Source: Ascidiella aspersa (lineage: Eukaryota). From it: 64,000 nucleotides of DNA. The translations under genes were made by a program, and so were the position numbers. Location: positions 29,946,001-30,010,000 of the forward strand of contig OZ004609.1 in assembly GCA_963924565.1 (NCBI GenBank), read 5' to 3'. The stretch's first letter is position 1. Every line of letters starts with the position of its first letter. This document shows positions 47,963 to 62,900 of the stretch, one piece after another. The notes under the pieces were generated by a model. That model made no database searches. It was not told the DNA's origin and saw only the letters and a list, made by a program, of their open reading frames with translations.

Positions 47963-48175
47963 CAGTATCGTCACTAATAACCAAAGTGCCTAAGAAATTT
48001 TTTCTCCTTGTTGCCATCCCCATCCATAGAAAAAGTTCCTAGGTCATTTCGCATTCGCATGTTCAAAAAATGACCTAGGCACTTTTTCTATGGATGGGTA
48101 TGGTAACAAGAAGTGACTTAAGCAAAAAATCTAAAAATGACTTAGGTACTTTTGTTATTAATGTTGACGATATTA
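47963..48175. mobile_element. foldback (palindromic) MITE-like element
   Basis: Inner arms ~48008-48049 / 48068-48109 are nearly perfect. Outer arms TATCGTCA..TAATAACCAAAGTGCCTAAG / CTTAGGTACTTTTGTTATTA..TGACGATA. Confidence 0.75.
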
Positions 48176-50386
48176 TTGTTAACAAGAGATCTGTGCTTGG
48201 CGTTAATTTAATATCTGTAGGATTGAAGAAATGTACAAGACTATCCTCAAGTCTCCCTCACCAACTAATGCATTAAATGTTGCCTTGTCCAAGCCTACCC
48301 TCGCTGAAAACACTTTGTTAAAGTGTAAGTAGTGTTGGTCAAACATTACCATACAGCCTAAGTGCATAATGTACACCTAAATTCATCTGCAGGACCTTGC
48401 AAAAACATCCACCTGTTTCTAATTGCGTTCGGAAATACATACAGCGAGGACGCCTGCCTGTCGTTCGTTCTCAAACCAATCACTCAACGAGTTAGCTTTA
48501 TTGGCGTCCCATCGGCGCGGTTGCCTGTGCAAAAGTTGGGCAAATAGGCGGGCGCATTAGCCAACGTGTTACCCTTGCAAAAACGCAGCGAACCGGCTTC
48601 AAATGGGAACAGACACGAGCGCAATGGCACGGAAAAGGGTCGAAAAACACGCATAAAAGCATTTATAAAAAAATAACGCTTTCCGCAATTTAGATTTACT
48701 CATAAAGACAAACAATCACGGTATCATTTCGCGCGAATATGACGTCATCACACGGCAAATGCTCGGTCGTAAGGTGAACGAAAACACAGTTCAGTGTGTG
48801 TGTAAGTGAACGAAAAGGTGCATTGATCGGGCGAGGTGCTATGACCACCGAACTAGGATAGATTGCCAGTAAAAAAGATGAATTTTCTCGGAGCAAGGTA
48901 GCAGGGTTTAACAGCCAATGAAATATAGTGTTTAAAATGACACGTAGAAATATAAGGAAAACGCGCTTGTTGCGAATTTTTACAATATGTTTTTATGAAG
49001 CAATTTCCTATTGTACATTTCCTATTTCTATACACGTTGCACGATAGGCTGAGCATACCTGTTTGCATTAAAAAATGTTATTTAGATATTAAAAGCAACT
49101 AAAAAAATTAGTTTAAAGAGGTTTAATTAACCAATGTAGAGTCAGAAAAAACACTTTTCAAAAATGTTTTACACTTCTAAAATTACGCGAAAATGCTTGC
49201 AATAAATAGCGATAAAAGGTTTCACCAAAATTTCAAGGTTATACAGCTAATCTTTGTACTACGGACATGGTCGTATCACTGAAGATAGGAAACAGCAAAG
49301 TAAACCATTACGCTACTATCTATATACGAAACGCATAAGCTGGTGACAAAACACCCTATATATATGGTCGCCACAGTTGAATAAAAGCATACATGTGCAG
49401 AAAATTTCCTACAAAGCAGCAAAAATACAAGCAAGCTATGAAGTGATCTAAGGTCCTCGGAATTTCAGCGCGCGCCTATAAAAAGGACTTTAAAACTTCT
49501 GCTTGTGGAATATAAGGCAGGGAAACGCGTCTCTGAAGAAGCGGGCACGAAATATTTGCTCCCTACTACCACCACTAGCCAACATCGCACAAAAATGCTT
49601 GCCGTTTGGTGGCGATGTGAAGTAATCGTTAGTACCAACCTTTAGCTTCCAAAGTTTGTCTGTGAGGTATTCTATTTACGTTGAGCGAACATATATTATT
49701 AATGACTTAGAGATAGCAACTTATTATTAGCATTCCACCGAAATTATTTGCGCGTACTCAAGTCGAAAATTCATATAAAAAATTAAGCCAAGAGAACGGT
49801 TTGCATTCGAATTGACTCGAAAGAGAGAAAAAAGTACGATGATTACTGATTAGTCTAAAATGCGCTTGTAAACGGTAAGCGTTGTGTCACATACATTGTC
49901 GTCATAACCAGGCAAGCTGTTCGGACAATAGAGGACCATTGGCGCTACAGTTCAGCAAAAGACGAAAAAACATAATAGCACGCATTGTGTGTCATAGGCA
50001 AAAAGAGGTGCCGTAATGATGTCCGATAATAAAGGACCAGAGTCTGTTCGATGTCTTTAAAAATAGTTATTTCCCATGTGGTAATCTAAGCAAGTAGGCA
50101 CTTCTACGAAATAAAATTCATAGAGAAGTAAAAAAAATATCATACCGAAGGTAACTTAATTCATAAGGCGAAATAATACTTCACGAGTAAAGTTATTGTT
50201 AAGCAAGGTTGTCATAGCATTTAATTGCCTTAATTTATTTTACTGAGTGAAATTTACCTTGACAATGAGATATTTGAATCCAGAGTTTGAAGTAGAACAT
50301 AAATTTTGTCCAGAGTTTGAAGTAGAACATAAAGTATGGAAATGAAGGACGAAATATAGGACATCCCTAAGGCTGTTGGTATAAAC

Positions 50387-50737
50387 CAGTGCTCAAATTT
50401 TTTCCGTGGGCTCTTTATTTTTTCCATTGGTGCCTTTAACATTTATTATTAAATTTGGAGATCTCACAAATAGCAAATGCACTAAAGTTATTCGGTGAAG
50501 TGATTATATTGCTTTTATACCTTAACTAAACCTAAAGAGCGATTTTACAAAGGCCAGGATGCTGTACCATCCTAACAGCATTCAAAGATCTTCAGAAATA
50601 ATCAAAATATACACAGTTTGACATTCACCGATACTTAAGCAATATGTATACCCATCGTAGACCTTTCGTCAATAATGTACCCTAGCATTGATTAAAAATC
50701 TACTAATGTATATAGTATAGCAGGTTGAAGAGCACTG
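50387..50737. mobile_element. hAT-type MITE downstream of SDR42E1-like stop
   Basis: CAGTGCTC / GAGCACTG termini; TSD GTATAAAC / GTCCAAAC. Confidence 0.7.
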
Positions 50738-50935
50738 GTCCAAACCACGCAAAACACAGCATCAGCGGTGGATGGTTGCACCGCGCAAAAAAAATGCCTC
50801 AACAAAAAGCACAAAAACACTCAAAGCAGTGAAAACCCCATCGAGCTGCGTTTACCGAGACAAGCAAAAAGTTGTCGCTCGGAATTCGACGAGCCGTCAT
50901 AGGGGTTGGGGATCATGGGACCTGGGGCTGGGGCG

Positions 50936-53900
50936 TCAGAGCAGGAGCTGGATGAGACAGCAGGCCAGCAGGACCCCGACTATCATGATCTTGGTCCAGA
51001 AGCGACTTGACGTGACGTCACCAGCTGAAAACAGCGTGAGAGTTAGTTGACGTTGCGATTGGTGGCCGAGCGGCGATTAGGCTAATCCCGGCAATTTTCG
51101 GCGCGCCTATGAGACGTTACGAAAGTCGGGTGATTTGGAAGGACGTCTTTTCTCCCGGAGAATTATATGACTGTGGTCCCGGCATTTTTTTTTGTCGTTT
51201 GCCAATTACGTTTTTTTGGTAAATTTGGGGCATAAAAAGTCCTACCCCGGCTTGATGATAAATCGATTTTTTCGATGTTGGTACGAATTTCTTTAAATGG
51301 AGTTGTTTTTTGACGCGAGAATAAGCTATTTTTGTACCGCTTACCTGAAATTGTGATATTTAAAAAACGGAATGGAGTCAAACATACATCAGTGCGCGCA
51401 TCATTTTCTCAGCGTATATTTCGTTTTAAAACTTAAACGGTTATTTGTCCCCTCTCAAGCGGTATTAAGTGCCTTCTTTAATCGCTAACATTTTCCAACG
51501 ATCTGGAAATAATCTTTTTAATCCCTATAGGTATTCACAGTGGACAGTTTACAGTCTACATTTTCTCACATATGTGCAGACAGACGTGCCTTGGTATACT
51601 ATAGAGCAGCGTTTCTCAACCGGTGCGCCGAAGGCTGCCAGGTGCGCCGCGAGCAAAAGGAAAAAATAAATTTAATATATAAAACATGTATTTTTACTTT
51701 TCTATTAGGCTTAGCTCATTGATTCCACAGTACTTTCAAGTAGAAAACACAAGAATACCTACAAAGCAGCAATATCTAAGTCAGATTATCCATTATACCA
51801 AATTACTAACACCACCGACATAATAACGCCAGATTCGCGTTAATGACCATGACAGATAAAGATTTAAAATAGTCTAGATAAGACCTAAACATGTTTTGCT
51901 CCAAAAATCGACAAAATCACGCCCAGGACTGTAGCGAAAGGTTATGGGATGATTGGGGGACACATGTTTGGCATTGGCCCTTTGCTGTCGACACTTGAGC
52001 GCCGCTGTTTTGGCCCCGGATTTTTTGCCTCTGTTTGGGCTTATAGGCGGTAGTTGGTGGTGTTAGCAATTGGGCTATGGTTAAAAATATTCGGGGAGTT
52101 GGTGTTAGTTATGGGTGGTGTTTGGGGTTAGATAAAAGGTTGTATTGGCCTTATTTTGGCCATTGAGGTCTGATTCCGATTTCGTCATTTTTACGCCTTA
52201 TTCCTAACTGTCTTTTATTCCGAAGTTGACGTTGTTCTTATTTTGGTCTCAAGGCTGGAGTCTCTTTAAAGATATGCAACTATAAAGCCTATATAATATA
52301 AAATGGGAAGCAATTTAAGAGAAATACAGGTACACCTCAAAAATTTCGCAACGTTTCATAAATATCTCTAGGTGCGCCACCAAGTAAAAAAGGTTAAGAA
52401 ACACTGCTATAGAGTATAGATGATAAGGGAATAGTAGACGCTCGCAGCAGCAGACCGATTGCATTTAAAAAATTGATTTCATTTGCCTAACAAAAATAAT
52501 ATTTCCAACACTTTTTCTATCTGGGCTCCGCTGCCTTGTACCGGAGATTTTAATCGCAGCGAACGAACCGGCTTCCAAAAAGAGTTGTATGTTTAAACTT
52601 TAAAGTATAAAGTGCAGTGTAGGTGGAGGCCTCTTAATCTATTCGAATATAAGTCAACAAACGCTAGAAAACTCCATTTCAACAACGGTGAAAGGTAAAC
52701 ACAAGGCAGCTTAAAAACACACAAAGGCCTTAGTTCACAATAAAAAAAGGAAAAGTCGTCACGACGTTCCGCTTTCATAGTTCAGTTTGTTTACAATCGT
52801 ACTTACATTGCTCTTGTCTGTCGCGTAGGTAATGCTTGACGACCTGCTTGAAGTCGTACCTGGCAGGCCTGTAGCCCAGCTCGTCCATGGCCCTGTCCAT
52901 CTTGTGGTAGTGTGTCATGCCCATCTTCAGCACCTTAAAGGCACAAAAAAGAGCGTTTGAAGGCCGTGTAAAATGTCTGTTATCGGACTCACATCGATAC
53001 TCGATACAATGTTGGTAGTATCGGTACTTTTCCGAATCTAGGTTGGTACCCGATACTTAATTCATGATAGTAGCCACTGTTAGCGAGCAAATGCAGCCTT
53101 TTTATATTGATTTGTACATTTCAAGAAATGGTTGTAGCTATCGGTCGAATATAACTAAGTTTCGAAACGCAAAATTTTGTTTTAAAAGCCTGAATAGCAC
53201 AAAGCTTATCTTTTTGAATGTCATGATTTTTTTGAATTACGATAGTAATGCCTGTGTTCCCGAAAGCCGTTTTTCCCAACATTTTGGGTATAAAAAAAAA
53301 GCTTTTCGAATGTATCCCTGTATATGCAGATAATTTTAGTATTTTAGTTTTATTCGAGCCAGAATTTGTAGTGCCTGTTTGTTGCCATGCTTGGGGCAAG
53401 TTTACAAAACAGACTTCTTCTCTACTGCCAATCTAAACTGCTTTGCCTCTCATCCATTTGCTACCTATTTTTCCCCTTTTTAGTGCCAAGAGGACAGAGT
53501 GGATAAAAGAAAGACGCTATTAAGCTTCCACGTGAGTGACCGCCTTAATAAGACCACTCGACTAGGAAAAGCGACGACGCTTTGTTGCCGGGGTAGCGAA
53601 CCGGCGGCCACGCCCACAGTTGAAATCGCGGCGAACCAATTGCGAGCTCCGTTTTAGGGGCGTCGAGGCAACTTAACCAACTTAACCAACTTTACACTCG
53701 GTTCGGTCGACAAAGCATATTTTTTCGAATTAAAACGCGTTGGGACTGCATGTTGAATTATCCCGCGTCAAAACTCTTTTATAATTACAGAAAAATGGGA
53801 ATATTCCCAAGATGAAACGTGCGTTTATGCTGATACCATTATCGCCAGTTTCCATATACTAAACCGAAATTTGCTTTTCGTTTGGAGTATATATGCGTTT

Positions 53901-56900
53901 GCTACTTGTTTAATGGCTGTGAATCAGTAATTATTTAAGAGTTTTGACTGAACAAAGCAACCACTCAACATATAGCTTATACTTCTCTAATAACAGCAAT
54001 AATTAATCAGTATAACAATCAGAGATAAAATAGTTGCGGTTTTCAAATTTTCTTGGCGTGTAAAAAATGGTCGTGATAAGATTTACAGCGGGGGGCATGG
54101 AGGTCAAAGAAAAAACGGCTGCAATCTTGCGCAGTCAAACAAGGTCCAAGTGCGGATTTACCCCGACGACAATAACAAGGGGAGATTTAAGCAGAAAAGC
54201 GTGACGTCATTGAAAATCAGCGGGTCGGAATGGCGCAGGAGGAGGGGTCGCCGTTTCAAACCAGACGTGAAATATGTGGGAAAGTGGATTAAGGAAGAAA
54301 TTACCTATGAAGGGCATGACGTCACATAAACGTGGACCAGTTTGAGCATTTTGAATTTTTTGCCAGTTTTTCAGCGTTGATTGTTTTTTTGGACGTCGAT
54401 AACTTGAGTATTTGATCGTGATTCGTAAGTTATATGAAACGCAAACACGTGTTTGTTGTCGCCCGCTTTTGCATATCAAGAGTGAAGGGCCTAATATAAC
54501 TTGAATTTCTACTATCCCTATTAATTGGTCAATACTGGAGCATAGGCCAAATTCTGCACACAGCAAAAAACGCTTTTTCTTTTTTTTTTGGTTAATCAGC
54601 AGTATGCCCACATTGGTCAAATCCATTATTTTAAAATATGCTTTATAAACCGACCAAGGGGAGTGCACAAAATATTTTTTAAATAGGGATATTGTGTTTT
54701 TCTAAACGTTCATGTATACTGCCCGAATAAACGCAAAACATTTTGCAAGTTTTGCGGAACCATTGGCGATAATAAACATTCAACGCTGAACAGATTTCCT
54801 GAAAAAATTAAGGCTACCCCATTGAATGGGCCGCCGTATTGACTGGCGCATGCAGCTTTTCGACTTTGATTGCTAATTTACCCCACACGACACTTGACCT
54901 AATTATACGGTATGATGCTGCTTTATATATTGAAATTGGTACCCAGGCGATATGTAGGCTGCTTAACAAAACAAAAAAACTTATGTAGTTTACATAACGG
55001 TTTTTCTTGTAATATAGCCATCACGGGACCTTTCAGTTTTAATGAAAATCGACCTACTTCCACTTTATAGAAATTTGGCCGCTTTATTTCGCGCCCTTGA
55101 TATTTCTGTGACCAAATCAATAAACCTTGGCTCTTTGTGAGCCCATTGTCAAGATAATCGAACTTTTAAAAGAGCTTACAGACAGGCCGACCATTGAAGT
55201 AAGCACGTTAATAGGGCAGTTCGCGAATATCGGCGGCGTAGCTTTGGCGACGGTAAATGGTTAACGACCCTCGAACTGAAATAGCTCGGCGAAAAGGTAA
55301 CGCGAATGGCCGTAAAAACGCCCAGGAACATATAGCCGGTCGGGAATCTCGCGAGGCTCACTGTGGCGCCGTCACCTTGCATAATTGATGATCAGTTGAG
55401 ACACATAACGGCGCGGCGAAACAGTCACGGCTGGTGCACTTATGGCGCGTTTTGGCCGGCGCCCCTTGCAGACCGTCTGCGCGCATGCGTCACGCCTTCA
55501 GGGGGGCACAGAAGGGGGGGTCAAGATGTCACAATGAATAATGGATGCGGTATATCGCGTCGGGCTGTCTCGAGCGCGGCAGGACGCACAGAAACAAAAT
55601 CCGACGTGATTGCGATCGCTAACGGCGGTTGTCTTGTTTTTTTTCCGTGGGGAAAAAGACAAAGGGGCGTGACTTAATAACGACTCAATGGCCCAACAAA
55701 AATTCACGCGATTCGACGGGTGGAATTTTGACGGATCACGTTCATGGTCCAATTGCATCCATTGCTACAAGATTTTTAACTCTGAAATTTTTCAAGTCGG
55801 AACTGACCCTTGACCAGTCGTTGGAAGAATTGACCCCGCTGATGTAGCTGAGCGAGTTAGGTCATTTTCGTGTCCTGTACGTTCAAGTGTGTCTTTTTGC
55901 TTTTTGAGAGGGTTGGACATCCAACAATTTAAATACATGTGTATTTCGGGGCGTTTGGAACGCTTTGCGATCTTTCTTTTAGAACCCAATGCACCAACCT
56001 ATACTTCTGTTTCATGGACTTGTTAAATCACATCACTTTTCACATTCTACGACGAATTTGATATACATATATATTACTATATTTGTATTCAGTAGCATTA
56101 ATTGTAAGATTACAGCTCTTTTTAAAGGCGGCAACAAAAATAGACTTTAACGTCTTTAGCAAACAAAAAACAAAGTCGGAGGGGCGTCGAATCTACATCT
56201 GCTCCCTGACAGCAAAATCGAACACGGGTGCTTGCGTCACACAGGACGCGCGACTCAATCAAAATATATAGTGAAATCGATGTGGCGCGCTTCGGGGGAG
56301 CATTAATTAAGCTTGAGGCTTTGTAAAATCGCCGTTTGATGAAGAAGTTGCAAAGGGAGGTTTAAGGCTGCCTGAATTATATCGATTAAGGCTTTTCGCG
56401 TGGTCTAGGCTTGGATAAACTTTAAATTGGCGTTTCTTAGGTAAGTGGCAGGTCTTAATGTGTACATGGCAGTGTTGTATTGACTTAAGTCATTGACTTG
56501 ACTTAAGTGCACTTAAGTCACTGTTTTCAAATGACTTGACTTAAGTCTTTTGGCCAAATGACTTGACTTGGACACAAGTCATTTTGGCAAATAACTTGGG
56601 AGTAAATTAAGTGTTTTTTATTAGAATTTATCTCAAGTTTTACACATTAAACACTTTCATTGCTGTGTATTGCGTTTGTGTTATTTTTTAGTCAAATTGT
56701 TGCTTATAATCGGACCACTTTATCAATTTGATTAGTTTGACAGTTTACTTTTATGTCAGTGACACGACTTGAAATTGACTTGCTTTCATAATGACTTGAC
56801 TGGGACTTGACTTAGGCAACCGATAACTCGGACTGGGACTTGACTTGTTATTTTTGCAAAAGACTTGACTGGGACTTAAGTCGTTTCAAAATGACTTGTT

Positions 56901-59900
56901 TACAACACTGGTACATGGACATATTTGCATTTTATTCTTTTTGGTCGAGTCGAATAGTTGAGTAAATCACAAGCACAAGTTATTCAAGATATATACGTGT
57001 TAGAAACAGAGTTTTCCATCCGAGTAGGCCGATTTATAAGTACAACATTTCGACATGATTCTTTCTTAAGTTTCACACGAGAGTATTGCGTATACGTTTT
57101 GAACTCCCCTTAAGATTTCCGATATATTTTCCCCGTGTGGTGGAAATCTATAAATAGCGCATCCGACGAGTACTGCCTATTAGATTGCTCAAAACACTTT
57201 CAAAAATCAATGCGGAAACGATTTAATGACTTTGTTAAATTGGTTTTATTGCTTTTTATTAAAGATGTAGTGCATACGGTGAATTATTATCGAAAAAAAT
57301 GGCCTATTTTGGGGTAAACAAAGGTTTCAGCGCTTATTTGTCCCTCCATCATCGTTGTAATACAGTAAACGGCGATAAAACCAAAAAAGTTGCAGTAAAA
57401 AACGTTGATGAAATTTATAACGGCCATATAAAACACAAAGTGCAAAAAGCGATTTATTCTCAATTTCTTCGCAACATCGCACATGATTATTCACACAAAG
57501 ACCTATGTGTTAGACGGAGTGCTTTAAAATGTTTCTATTAAGACCGGTTTTGAAAAAAGTTAATTTTAATATGTTCGCGACGATTGGAAGCAAAAATTCC
57601 CATTTGCTATACAATGTTCGAAATTATGTTTTGGTGGTCTACGAAAATCAGGGCACCGTAGCTTATTGCCTATTAAAGAATAATTGAGTGGTCAATGGTC
57701 ATATAACACAATGTACTTAATAGCTTCCTGATCTTATATTCGTAAAACCACGTGTTATTAGATACATTACAAATGTCGCTTTATAGTAAGCACGGCTGTA
57801 ACGCATCTATAGTAACGCGTCTATAGTAACGCGTCTATAGTAACGCGTCTAGTTATTCCACCTGAAAGGATTAGTTTCAAATAAAGTTCTACGTTCTTTT
57901 TGTTAAAGTTTGGCAACGGTGACCTAATAAATTGTAAGACACCGCAAATATTTCAACGAAAATAAAATAAAAAAGTGCTAACTTAATTTTCTGCGGTATA
58001 TATACAATAATTCTAGTGCAATAGGCCACATATTAATAAACTGCTGGAAAATTTTCGAAGCGCAAATTTCTCAAAAACATTGGAATTTTTCTGGGCAATA
58101 ATCGGAACTTGGTTTCGGCAGCCTGGCGATTGTTTGAGTGATGCGCGCGTGTACGACTTCCGCAATTTCAGTCGAATCCGGTTCCTTGCCCATAATTTGA
58201 CCCGGCTTGACTCGACTTGAACGGCTAACTCAGTGGGCGAGCCTATTATTAGCGCCCGACAGCGTGTACTTAGTGGAGAAAAGCGGCATACTTGCGGCTC
58301 AACGAAATCCCGTTTTCACAAAGAGTATGTGGTTATTTCTTTGTCGCAAATAAACCTACCTCTGTTCTGGTGGCCAGCGGTTCCAGCGTCATCCAGGGCT
58401 TCATCAGCTGGTAGACCAGCTCCATGAGGAATGCTGCAAGAAAACAACAGAGTAGGGTTTGACCTTGAGGGATTTATACCGTTGTAGTGTGCTGTCGATC
58501 ACTGCTGCGTTAATACGTACATTGGGCAAAGCTCAAGCTTCTAAAGCCAGAGTAAAACCCGTCGAGGCTTTACATTTCAGGGATATACATATTGCTTTCG
58601 GCAAAGAAAGAGTTTGATCTAATATAGTGTATTGCCTTTTTTTGAGTGTTTTGCTATTGGCAACGTTCTAATTATTTTCACTTGAAATTTGATGTTCCTT
58701 GAAACAGGCGTCTGACTCTGCTTTATTTCGTTTGTTTTTCTAATTTCTAATTTTACTTGAAAAAATATAAACAAAGTTTAAGCATGACAGATACCAGAAC
58801 GACTGAATGGCGACCCTGATATGTCGAAAAAATCAAGGGAAAATATTTATCGTTGCTTTGCGGTTGCTAACAAATGTGTATCTTAATATATCACCGGTGC
58901 ATTGAAATCAAATTATTGATCACAAGTTTAGTTTAGGCCCACGTAAAATCCATGTTCGTTATACTTGAAAATACTGCACAAAACCTGGGATTGACTGCGC
59001 CACGTTTAAGTCGTTCAAGTGGCTACTACACCTTCGCTGATATTATACACCACATGGCAAAACAAGAAACAACATACACATGCACTCATGCAGTCTTGCA
59101 CAATTACATGCATGAGGAAGGAACAACGCTGGGGGAATAAAATATACATCTTATCGGTTCTTGGAGAGACTTGATCTCGGTCACCATTACGATGAATCTC
59201 CTAAAATGTCTCGGAAACAACAATTGCAAACCTCAAAAAAAAAAAACGCTGGACAAAAAGCCGTGATGCAAATCTAAAATTTTCTAAATTTAAGGCCGCT
59301 TATACGTTACATCGCGACTAAATAGTTATGTTTATTTACAAAGACGCAGCACTCACGGTGCCACTGCGACCGTCCACATCAACCTTAAGCCAAAAGCTTG
59401 GAGGTTTACGGGATAAACCGTTTGTCAACGACGTCACATTTACGCAAATGCGGCGCAAATGACGTCGGTTCATCGGATTTAAGTGGGAAAAATGCGAAAA
59501 TTGCGGGAGTGTTTACCTAACATATACTGTCGCTCCATCAAGTGTCGTGTCGTTTGGTATTTTTTAATGGAACTTTAAAATGTTTTATAAAATAATATTA
59601 TTGTTATACTTGTTTGCAATTGGAACCTATGTATCTAAAACATATTTGTTAATACTGTTGGTTTTTGAGGATTTTTTCTTTTTAAAAATGTAGGCCATTT
59701 TCATTGTCGTAAGTTTACAATTTGGTGTTTGCTAAGTTTAAAAATCGTAAAAAAGTCTGTTGTCGCATATACCTTAAAAGCTAATCTTGAGCTCTATATT
59801 TAGTGTGGGTTAAGTATTTCTAAACTGACGCCGAAAGAAGGGTAAATATCAAGCAAATACTTAAAGTCTCTGTTTTCTGTAGAACGCGTTATCAGTGCTT

Positions 59901-62900
59901 ATCCTATATAAGTATGTCAGGGTATCGATTTCAATATTATCAGAAAGCGCATACAGAAGTATTCCACTTCACGCACTACAAAAGAAGGACAACTACAGCG
60001 AGGTCACTTACCGGCGTAATAGACCACGAGGTAGTGGATCTTGAATATCGGCTGTTGGTGGCCAAGAGCGGATATCTGCGAACGACGGGAAAATTTACGA
60101 TTAAACTTATGTGCACTTGAAAACGAGAAGAAATAACAGTACATGTGTATATGGCTGCTTTCGTGTAAACAGGTAGTAACAAGTTGTTATTAACAATTAA
60201 GGGGAACAGACGATAAAACCTACAAAGCAACAATATCTAAAGCAGAATAATCTATAATACCATAGTATTAGGACGACATAATAAAGCCAAAGTCGCAGTA
60301 ATGACCACGTCAGAATAAGATCTAAAATCGCCTAAATGCAACCTAGACCGGTTGGGATAAGTCCTAAGGTCTAAATAGAAAAAATAACACCGAAAACTAG
60401 GGGGAGAGGGTATGGGGAGAGTGGCGCGCTGTTAAGTTATCGGATTTTTTGCCCTAGTTTGGGGTGAAAGGCGGCTAACGGGTGAGTTTAAAAATTTGGT
60501 AAGTGTTTAAATCAGTGGTTCTCAACCTTTTTAGCTTACGGACCGGTTAAATTTTAAAACAAATTTGCAGATCGGTGGACCTTTAAAAATCAAAATCAAC
60601 CCAAAATTTAATTACGACAAAAATATGCAACTTAAAAGCAAAGAATGAAAACTTTACTGTAATGAGCAATTTGCTGCTGTCTTTTTTATAACATACGTGT
60701 TATACGTGTTTCTATTAAAGTTTTTTTTTACATACAACTGGTCCTAAAGTTGACTTAAACCAGCCATTAACTCTATATTACGTCACAATGCTGCAAATTA
60801 CGCAACTGGCGAAGTTCTAAATTCGATGCAACCCTTCAACATCCTCTATTTTGCAATTTGAGTTAGAAAATTCTAATATATTTGGCTTAAATTATTAGGT
60901 GAATTAGTGATGACGTTAGGGGTGGGGTAACAGAAAAAGGTTAAAAGAATTGGCCTTATTCTGGTAATTTAGCTCTTATTCAGACGGGTTTAGGTTTTAT
61001 TTTGATTTACACGTTATTACGACTATTGGGTATTATCCCTATTTAATTCTTATACCGAATTCTGTTTTTATCGACGTTAATTTTGTTTTAATTTCGGTCT
61101 TATGGCGGGATAACCTAATTAGTACGAATTGCACCACACAAAAGACGGGCCCTGAAAGTGATTTTTAAATATATCGCAAACATAATAAAACAAATTAGCA
61201 CACACTAATATTTTGGAAATGACGTAAGTTACAAGGGGCTTTTAAGTGGATGTTACGTCACAAAGTAGCAAGTTGTTCATTGGGCAGCATTTTTAATTAG
61301 ATATCACGTGACACGGCTGATTTTTAAATAGAAAAATACCCAATAATGGTGAAGTCACTTGCCTGTACATAAACATTAATTGGGGTCGTCGTTTGGTGCT
61401 TCGCTCAGAACTTTGACAAAATTGTGATTCGGTCGACATTGAATTGTCAAGCGGGTCGCATATTTCTCTCCCCTCGTATACTTTATATGAACCAATTATA
61501 AGGGGATTTAACAATGAAACGAGACATCGTGCCTTTTTCAATATCACACTAAAAACCTCTGTCGGGACAAAGACGGCTTGACTATTGCTACCCCGACGTT
61601 TTGCAGTGCAAAATGCCCAAATATGCGATCTAGAGTTTCGAGTGCCATTGATCTCTAGGCACTGAAGTACACACGCAAAGTGGGGATCCTTTATGCGGCG
61701 GCAACTTTGTAAAAAAAAGTGAAACTAAAAAAAACGAGGGTATAGGCACTCACCAGGGGCTTGAGGAACTCGAAGAACTTGACGGGCTCGTTGTCCGATA
61801 TGAAGTAACACTTGCCGGCCTGTGGGAGATAAATAAAGCATATTTAGGAATGTGGGACCGAATCAATTGAAATGTGGGAGTGAATGCCGGGAGCTTTTTT
61901 GGCGGCGCAACAGACATATCAGTCAAGTTGGAATTAGGGCTGGTTTGTTGGGGGCAATTATAGACGCAGCTGAGAAACCTATTTTTGCGGGACAACAGGA
62001 ATATAGGCCTTGCTGTTGTTTGCAAAAAGTTATAATTGCCCCTTTCATTAAAAACCACACTGTTTTGTTCAACAGTAGAACTAGTCTATACGAATTGGGA
62101 AAATAATTTATTCTCCAATATTGCAAATAACACTTTTTTTTTTATATTATGACTAAATTAAATTTCTATAATTTGTGACCACCAAAGATCTACTGCTGAC
62201 TATCAGTTTTTCACTTTGCATTTCATTTTTAAGTAAAACCTCGATATACCCGGCGTCCTGCGGTTACTGCTCTATACTCGCTTCTCGTTACCCATTCAAT
62301 CTATATAATTGTAATTGATATTCCAAATGGGAAATACTACTTTATACGTGCTTTCAGGTTCGTCGGAAACACTGAGACTTCAAAATTAAAAACTCCAAAA
62401 AATAATATAAAACGCAAAAAGTAGCAGAATGTTAGTCCAACTCCTGCTGGTTTACATAACATAACTACAAGGAACATGTAACTGTATATAGTCAAACTTA
62501 TGAGGATCAGTCTAAGCTTAAACGACGTGGATTTACACCTGTCCTTCAATTACCCACTTCGTAATTATCCAGCCGAGGTATGGTTGAAAAACACTAAATT
62601 CAATGGTAGCGAATTTTTTTTATAAAATTAAAAGAGTGTCACAGACTTGCAAATTTGAAATGCTCTGGTTCAAGCGACAGTAACCGCAGGTAAACCAGGG
62701 TGAGAAGGCTATAATTGTAACAACCAGCCAAAAGGCCGGGGAGTAGATATATGCCTAGCAATGAGGTATGTACTCACTGCGACCGAATTGCGCGCGGGCG
62801 ACAGAGCGAGTACGGCGAGTAGATGCGCTTGGATGAGATTGTTGACGTGGACCCAGTCGACAGTTGCGTCGCCAATGGTGGCAACTATCAGGTTCATTTC

